Assembly (NCBI GenBank): GCA_963722305.1
Contig: CAVRKE010000002.1
Location: forward strand, 379,878-443,877
Direction of reading: 5' to 3'
Length of the DNA: 64,000 nucleotides
From: Candidatus Levyibacteriota bacterium
Lineage (GTDB): Bacteria; Patescibacteriota; Microgenomatia; Levybacterales; UBA12049
The stretch's first letter is position 1, and each line of letters begins with the position of its first letter. Shown in pieces: positions 34,401 to 43,400 of the stretch. Position numbers and translations under genes: made by a program. The notes under the pieces are model-generated. The model saw only the letters and a list, made by a program, of their open reading frames with translations, searched no databases and was not told where the DNA came from.

Positions 34401-37400
34401 AATAGCGGTAATATCCAGGCCAAAGGAACCTTAACTATTGATAGCACTTCCCAATTAAGCGGAGCAGTTACTACCAACGGTACTCTCACCGTTAACGGTG
34501 CATCATCAGCTAATATTGTTTCTTCTAATTCCACTGTTAACCTCTTTAACTCCGGCTCCTCCTCTTTGTATATCGGTGGAGGTGCATCCACCATTTCTTT
34601 GGGGGCAACCACTGGGACAACCACGGTGAATACCGATTTAACCCTTGGCTCCGGTAAGAAATTAACCACCACCGGTCCGGTTTCTTTCAATCCGGGAAGT
34701 AGTAATAATGTTGCGATTACCGGCGGTGCTAATTCATATATTACTGTTTCCGGAATGCAGACAACCACCGGTCAATCTCCCACACTTTGTATTGATTCTT
34801 CAAATCGTATTGTTAAATGCGATGCTTCGGCCAACTTAAGCTTGCAATCCGCCTACAACAACGGTAATTCAATTACTACTACCAGCTCTAAAGATATTGT
34901 CTTTAATCTGGCGAATAATTCCAACTTCTCGGTAACTACTGCCGCCGGAGCAACCGGTAATTCTATGTTTAGTGAGGCAGCCAATGCAGGTTCGACTGTT
35001 CCAACTCAATTAATCTTGGTTGATAACGCCGGAGTCTTAGGTGTGGACAATGCAATTCCGACAGCCATTAAAGTTACCAGTACTGGCGGAGCCGGGTTTA
35101 CCACCGGCATTGATGTCTCTGCCGCTTTAACTACCGGTATTGCTTTAGGAACAAGCGGAATTTCCGGAACTTACTTTAATGTTGATACAGCAGGTAATAC
35201 TAGTATGAACGGCACCTTAACGGTTAACGGTGGAACGATTGGCACTACTGTCAGCCTTTCCACTATTAACTTGTTTAATACCAATGCTACCACTGTTAAT
35301 CTTGGTGGAGCAGCAACCAATTTGGCGATGGGCGCAACCAGCGGCACAGCCACAATTAATAATGCTATTGTTAACTTCCCACATGCTACTACCATTGGAG
35401 CAAGCGGTGCTGCCGGTAACTTTAAGTCTTTAACCACCGGCGGAGGTTATGGCTCAACCGGAGCAACTATTGATAATAGCGGTAATATCCAGGCCAAAGG
35501 AACCTTAACTATTGATAGCACTTCCCAATTAAGCGGAGCAGTTACTACCAACGGTACTCTCACCGTTAACGGTGCATCATCAGCTAATATTGTTTCTTCT
35601 AATTCCACTGTTAACCTCTTTAACTCCGGCTCCTCCTCTTTGTATATCGGTGGAGGTGCATCCACCATTTCTTTGGGGGCAACCACTGGGACAACCACGG
35701 TGAATACCGATTTAACCCTTGGCTCCGGTAAGAAATTAACCACCACCGGTCCGGTTTCTTTCAATCCGGGAAGTAGTAATAATGTTGCGATTACTACCAG
35801 CGGTAATTCTTTCCTGTCTGTTTCCGGACTGCAGGCCAGCACCGGAACACCGATTTGTGTTGACGGTTCAAACCACGTTGTCACCTGTACTGCATCAGCA
35901 ACGCTGCAATCCGCCTACAACAACGGTAATTCAATTACTACTACCAGCTCTAAAGATATTGTCTTTAATCTGGCGAATAATTCCAACTTCTCGGTAACTA
36001 CTGCCGCCGGAGCAACCGGTAATTCTATGTTTAGTGAGGCAGCCAATGCAGGTTCGACTGTTCCAACTCAATTAATCTTGGTTGATAACGCCGGAGTCTT
36101 AGGTGTGGACAATGCAATTCCGACAGCCATTAAAGTTACCAGTACTGGCGGAGCCGGGTTTACCACCGGCATTGATGTCTCTGCCGCTTTAACTACCGGT
36201 ATTGCTTTAGGAACAAGCGGAATTTCCGGAACTTACTTTAATGTTGATACAGCAGGTAATACTAGTATGAACGGCACCTTAACGGTTAACGGTGGAACGA
36301 TTGGCACTACTGTCAGCCTTTCCACTATTAACTTGTTTAATACCAATGCTACCACTGTTAATCTTGGTGGAGCAGCAACCAATTTGGCGATGGGCGCAAC
36401 CAGCGGCACAGCCACAATTAATAATGCTATTGTTAACTTCCCACATGCTACTACCATTGGAGCAAGCGGTGCTGCCGGTAACTTTAAGTCTTTAACCACC
36501 GGCGGAGGTTATGGCTCAACCGGAGCAACTATTGATAATAGCGGTAATATCCAGGCCAAAGGAACCTTAACTATTGATAGCACTTCCCAATTAAGCGGAG
36601 CAGTTACTACCAACGGTACTCTCACCGTTAATGGTACGCCCAATGCTAATATTGTTTCTTCTAATTCCACTGTTAACCTCTTTAACTCCGGCTCCTCCTC
36701 TTTGTATATCGGTGGAGGTGCATCCACCATTTCTTTGGGGGCAACCACTGGGACAACCACGGTGAATAATAATTTAACTATAACCGGCACCTTAACCGGT
36801 AATGGACAAACCAATCTAACCCCGGCAAATAATAATAACGTTGCAATAACTCTTGCGGGAACATCTAATTTCTCAATTACCGGATTAAGCGGAGCCGCCG
36901 GCACATCACTTTGTCTTGACTCGTCTAACCGTGTGGCAACTTGCAACGCCGGCTCATCTGCTGCAACACTGCAATCAGCTTATAACACTGGCAACACTAT
37001 TACTACCTCTAGCTCAAAAGATATTACCTTTAGTCTTGCCGGTTCAAGCTCTAATTTCTCGGTCATCACTCCTGCCAGCTCAACCGCATATTCCGCTTTC
37101 ACCAGAGCCAGCGGTACAGGCTCGGTCGATCCTAGCCAATTGGTCTTAATCCAAAACCAACAAACCAGAACCTTGCCGATTGGCTTAAAAGTTGCCGGAG
37201 TTTCCAGTGGAGTGGTTACTACCGCGATTGACCTTTCAGATGCCAACATCACTAATGCTTTAGCCCTTGGAGCCGGCAACATTACTGCTACCCACTTCTC
37301 TCTTACCGGCTCGAATGGAAATCTTTCAACCGACGGAACTTTAGCGGTTAACGGTGGCACTATCAGCACTAACCAATCAACCTTTAATTTGGTTAACGAT

Positions 37401-40400
37401 GTAACTGCTACTACGGTTAATTTTGCCGAAGGCGCAACTAACCTTACCATGGGCGCAACCAGCGGTACTGCCAGCATTAGAAATGGCGTTCTTTCTTTGC
37501 CAAACGCCACCGCTGTTAATGCCAGCAGCGCCACCGGTAACTTTTATTCCTTGACCACCGGCGGCGGTTATAGCTCAACCGGAGCAACTATTGATAATAG
37601 CGGTAATATCCAGGCCAAAGGAACATTAACTATTGATAGCACTTCCCAATTAACCGGAACCGTTACCGCCGGAGGAGGACTGGTCGTTAACGGCACCGGT
37701 TTAACCGGCGATATTACCACCGCTAAAGCCACCGGCACATTGTTTAATACTTCAACCGCTACTGTCAATATTGGAGGGGCCGCCACTACAATTAGCATCG
37801 GAGCAACTACCGGAACAACCACCATCAACAACGCCTTAACAATATCCGGAACTTTGACGGCCAACGGCGCCGCCAATATCGGTAATGGTAGTAGTACCAT
37901 TGCTTTAAGCGGCACTACCCTAACAACTACTACAACCAGCACAAATACAATCAGCATCCCCGACAATCTTGCCAGTGCCTTTGACATTAAACAAGGCAGT
38001 AATGATTACTTTAATATCACTACTACTAACGGCAGCAGATCAATAAGTTTTGGCAATGCTACCACTAATCCTGCCTACAACTTTAATGGCAGTGGCACGA
38101 TGACACTTACGGGTAGCTTGGTAGTTAACGGCGGCAATGTTTCCGCCACTTCCGGTACGTCTGTTAACTTATTCAACACCAGCCAAACTACTTCGCTAAG
38201 TATCGGCGGGAACGCAACAACTATTGCGCTTGGAGCGGCAACCGGAACTACCACCGTTAGCAATAATTTGACGGTTTCCGGCGCCACCACCACCCTTGCT
38301 TCAACACTGGTTAGTCTGACCGGCACCTCCCCTGTCGTTGACACAACCGGCTCAAATACTCTGAGCATTAATGCTACACACAATAATCCGGTTACTTTTG
38401 GCTCGGGTACATTTACTGTTAATTCCAGCACTATTAATTTGGCGGGTACCTCCCCTGTTGCAATTGCTGCCACCACCACCAATGCCGCCTTGGCCATTGA
38501 CAGTAACGGCAGCGGTGCTCTAAATCTTCAGGGCACTAATACCACCGGCGACGTCAACATTGCCGGCGGCTATAATAACACCGGCTGCACTATTTATAAT
38601 GCCAGTGGAAATATTTCCTGCTCCGGCTCATTTACTACCAATGCCAGTACCGGCACCGTCCAGTTTGGCTACTTTAACAGAAACTTTACCACCGGAGTAA
38701 TTTCCAATGCTACTGCCGGTGACACATTATCGATTTCCTCAACCAGTAACGGTACTTCGGCCTTAACTATTGCCAATACTGCCTTGACCGGAAACGGTAT
38801 TGCCGGATTTACCAATAATTTGACTATTACCGGAACCGGTGCGGGAAATAAATACTACGGAGAGAATACAACGGTTACCAACAACCAAACCGGTGCTGCC
38901 GACACGGCTTATGGAGAAAATATTTCCTTCGTCGATGCCGGAGCTTTGGCCAATACAGTTTATGGCTTATACGTTGACGCAAGCACGGCAAACGCCAATG
39001 ATACACAATACGCCGCGGCCTTTATGAACGGCAATGTCGGAATTGGCACCAATACTCCCACCGCCAAACTTGGTATCACGGGAGCAACCGGTGACACCGG
39101 CCTTACTCTAGCCGGAATCACCAGCGGAACCGAAATTAACTTATCATCGTCGATTACTTCCGGAACCGGCATGACTATAAATGCCGCCGGTTTGACCAGT
39201 GGAAACGGTATTATTCTAAACGGCACTTCTCCAACCAATCCGGCTGCCTTTAGCGGAAATATGATTAGTATTGCACCGACCCGTACGATATCCAGTGGCA
39301 CTTCCTCGATAAACGATACCGGAAATTATTTAAGCATTGCGCGAAGCAATAGTGTTTCGGTTGCCAATACCTTTACCATTAGCGGTGATTTAGTCAAGTT
39401 ATCATCCGGTTGTACTGTCAGTAATGGTGGGGTTTGTGCAGATACGTCTCATCTGCTTTCTCTTTATCAAACCCTTGCCTCCGCTTCCGGCAGCTTATTG
39501 TATATTAATAATGTTAGCAAAGGCTTGGCGCTTGACATCAACTCCATGGGATATACAAACCCGGTTGCCTCCATTTCGGGGACAACTTCCTTTGCCGCTT
39601 TAGTTGCCAACAATAACGGTGTTGGGGATTTGTTTACCGCTTCCGCCTCCGGTTGGACCAGGTTTAGTATAGATAACAGCGGAAATGTTAATACTACCGG
39701 AAATCTAACATTAGCGGGAACAACCGGGCTAACCCTTTCCGGAAACGGAGCAGACATTAACTTTACAGGCGCTGCCAGTAATATTGATACACTCACTACC
39801 GCCAACAACAATAACTTTGCGATATTGCCAAACGGGACCGGTTTTGTGGGATTAAACACAACGTCCCCTGTGGCTTCGTTTGATGTCAGAGGAAATTCCG
39901 GAACACTCGCCGCTGCTTCAGTCTCGGCTAAAACCAGCTTTGCCGCTTTGGTTGCCAATAATAACGGTGTTGGGGATTTGTTCACCGCTTCCGCCTCCGG
40001 TTGGACCAGGTTTGTCATTAAAAATAATGGTAATGTCGGCATTGGAACCAGTACTCCATCTACTACGGTTGGTGGAAACGTTCTGGAAATCAATTCTACT
40101 GTAGCAGGTAATTCCGGTCTTAAATTCACCCAGCTCAACAGTAACTCAGCTGTGTCATCAAACTATTCACAGTTGCTAGGACTCGATTCATCAGGCGATG
40201 TCGGTCTTTCCAGCGCCGGTATTTCTCTTACTTCACCGGCTCTTGCCTACTGGGATGCTACCCATGATCCGACCGGCGCAAACTATTCTTATCCGCAAGC
40301 TTCAGTACTAAGCCTTGGTAGTACAAATTTTACTCCGACCTGGACCCTTGCCAACGGCGAACAGTTGACTAATGCGAATACAAACGAAACAGGCGATATC

Positions 40401-43400
40401 AACTGGAGTTTCTCCCAAGTGCCGTTTGAGGAAATCCAGTTCCAGTTTAAAGCCGGCGGCGGCAATGGCGCTGACAGCACCTGGTTCTATAGTTACGCCG
40501 ACGACATTCCGACAACTGAATACGGTAACGCTTCCGGCAGTACCCATAACTTTACCCAAGGTTACCTGATTTACTTTACCGAATGGCATAATTGCGTCGG
40601 TATTAGCTATGGTCCGTATCTCGATCAACACCAGTGTAATCCTGGTGCACAAGGCACCGGCCCCATCGCCGCTGCACCCCTTTATAACATTGCCGATGGT
40701 AACTGGCACGCCGTGGACATCCAGATTCTATATAACCAGATTGTTGTCCGTTGGGACGGCAATGTTGTCCTAACCGCTACAGACCAATTTGGCCGGGATA
40801 CTTCTAAATTAAACTTCGGCTTTGCCTCGCGAACCGGCGGAGATGACAACAATCACTATATTAAAGGCTTGCTCGTCACCAAGCTTGGCACTAACACCTC
40901 CCAATATTATATTAGTAGTAACGTTTCACCACTGGCCAGCGGTCTATACTGGAACAATGCTTCCACCAGTGCCAGCACAACAACCGGTCTTGGTAAGTTG
41001 GGTATTAATGTTACAAGCCCAGCTTATACTTTAGAAATGAACGGCACAATGAATATCCATGCCCCGGTTTATAACACCGGCACTGCTGAACAAGGCGGTA
41101 GCCTTACCAATTGTTCTTACGCATCAGGAGGCTCTAATCCTACTGCCAGTACTACCGTTACCGGTATCGGAACAAGCTGGACCTCGGCATTAGTCGGAGA
41201 TATTATCACCATGCCAGACGGAACCGAAGAAACCATTACTGCTGTTGGCAGCACTACGTCGATGACAGTCTCCGGTACACGCGGAATCTGTCCGGGCACC
41301 TACAGTATTAATGCCCCGCAAACCTTAATGGTCAGTAGCGCCAACAGCACCTTGCCTGCTGTTAATGTTGGCGGCGTAAACGCTTATGCGGCACTTGCGG
41401 TTAATAACTCGGGCACCGGCGATGTCTTTACCGCTTCTTCTTCCGGCACAACGCTATTTACCATCGGCCATAATGGTAATCTGACATCTAATGCTTCTTC
41501 CGGTACCGGACTAAACTTTGCCAATAACGGCATTACAACCGATATTAATCTACAAAACGGCGGCACAATTGATAACCACACTAACGGACAAATCAAATTA
41601 GCTACCGCCGGCACCACCGGAAACTTAACTGATGTGGACTTCATCGGAACACCTACTCTAACCGGCGCTCTTAATGGATTACAAGTAGATGTTTCCGGCT
41701 TAACTACTACACAAGCTGGGGCCAATAATTTAACCGGTCTTAATATTGTTGGTTTCCAGGGAGGAAGCACAAATAATTATGGCATGAACATCGGAACAAT
41801 CACCGGAACCGGATCATCTGTAAATTATGGCTTAAATATTGGGAATGTAACCGGCGGAGGAACAAATTATGGCTTAAGAGTTCAAACCATTGCTGCTGCT
41901 GCTGCAAACTATGCCTTATATATTGATGCTCCTGCCCAAAACTACTTTGCCGGAAATCTCGGCTTGGGTACAACTTCACCAAATGCGGCTTTCGATATTG
42001 AAGGCAATACGCAAACACTAGCATTAATCGGCACAGGTGCAACATCTTCAGCCAACATCAGATTCCAAGTTACAAACTCCATCAGCTCAACCGCTTCTGC
42101 GCAAATCTGGAATGCTTTCCCCAATTCAGGAAATTCCGCTTGCACCAACTCACAATGTCATACTGCTTTATCGCTTAAGTTAGGCGCAAACAACACTTCT
42201 CTTCCAGGTCTTGGAGATAGATTCATTAATTTTGCTACCGGAAACGGAACTATCATTGGAAAAATTCAAGGAAACGGAGCCAACGTTGCTTATGCATCAG
42301 CCGGCGGAGACTATGCAGAATGGTTTAGGAAAGATAATCCGGACCAAAATTTTGCTTATGGCGATGTCGTTTGTCTTAATGCCAATGGTAACGTCGTTGA
42401 GTGCGACAGTAATAACAACCAACCCTTAGGTGTTATTTCCAGCTCCTCTGCTTTTATCGGTAATTCTAATTACGACGACGATCCGGCATATGTACTAGTT
42501 GGTTTATTCGGTCAAATTTCAACTAGCGTCAGTAACCAAAACGGCAATATTGAAACCGGTGACTTCTTAACGGTTTCCCCAACCACCGGGGTAGCGATGA
42601 AAGCCAGCAGCGCCGGACAAGTAATTGGTGAGGCCATGGAAGATTATAGTTCTGACCAAGTTGGACAAATTCTAGTCAGAGTCAACCCGACCTGGTATGA
42701 CCCGCAGGTTTATTTGACCGACACCGGTAATTTAAACTTGGTTGATCAAAATGTGTCCGATATTAATTACACTATTCCGCATTATTATACTTTGAATGAT
42801 GCTTTAGGTAATCCGTTGCAAAGAGTCGGCGAATTCTCAAGCGCCCTAATTGCTAATCTGCAAGCAGGAAGCGCCAATATCCAACAATTGACAACTAACG
42901 CTTTGAAAGTTACCGGTGAAAACATCACTATTAACGGACAGAATATCCATGACTATATTGCTTCGATTGTCAACGAGGTTTTGGGCAATCAAACCGGAGT
43001 TCCAACGCCGGAAAACATGCATACCGACTTAATTAGTCCTCTGGCCTCCGATTCTGCCCTGGCAATTAAATTTGATAATAATGAACTGGAAATCTTAAAT
43101 TCTAATACCGCCTCCGGTTCGGCAGTGGCCATTATTGATAACCAGGGCAATGCTTCATTTAGCGGAAAATTGAATTCTAATGAGTTAGCGGTCAGCACCA
43201 ATGCCACTGTTTCCGGAACATTGACTGCCGGCAAGATTGTTGCCAACAGTCTTGAACTATCCAACCAAGCTTTAACCGATTTGGCCAGCGAACTTTCCAC
43301 CGCCTCCGGCTTTGCCGTGAGCGGCGGCTTCCAGATTAACGGCGAGCTGACATCAACCAATGCAACGTTGGGCTCACAGGGCCAATTGGCAATTGATAAT

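Noticed and set aside
66-38500. Apparent enrichment of N-x-S/T sequons suggesting an N-glycosylation target
   Set aside because: Sequon frequency is about what the extreme Asn/Thr/Ser composition predicts. There is no PglB/STT3 in the window. Kept only as an O-glycosylation hypothesis via the Wzy_C-like neighbour.
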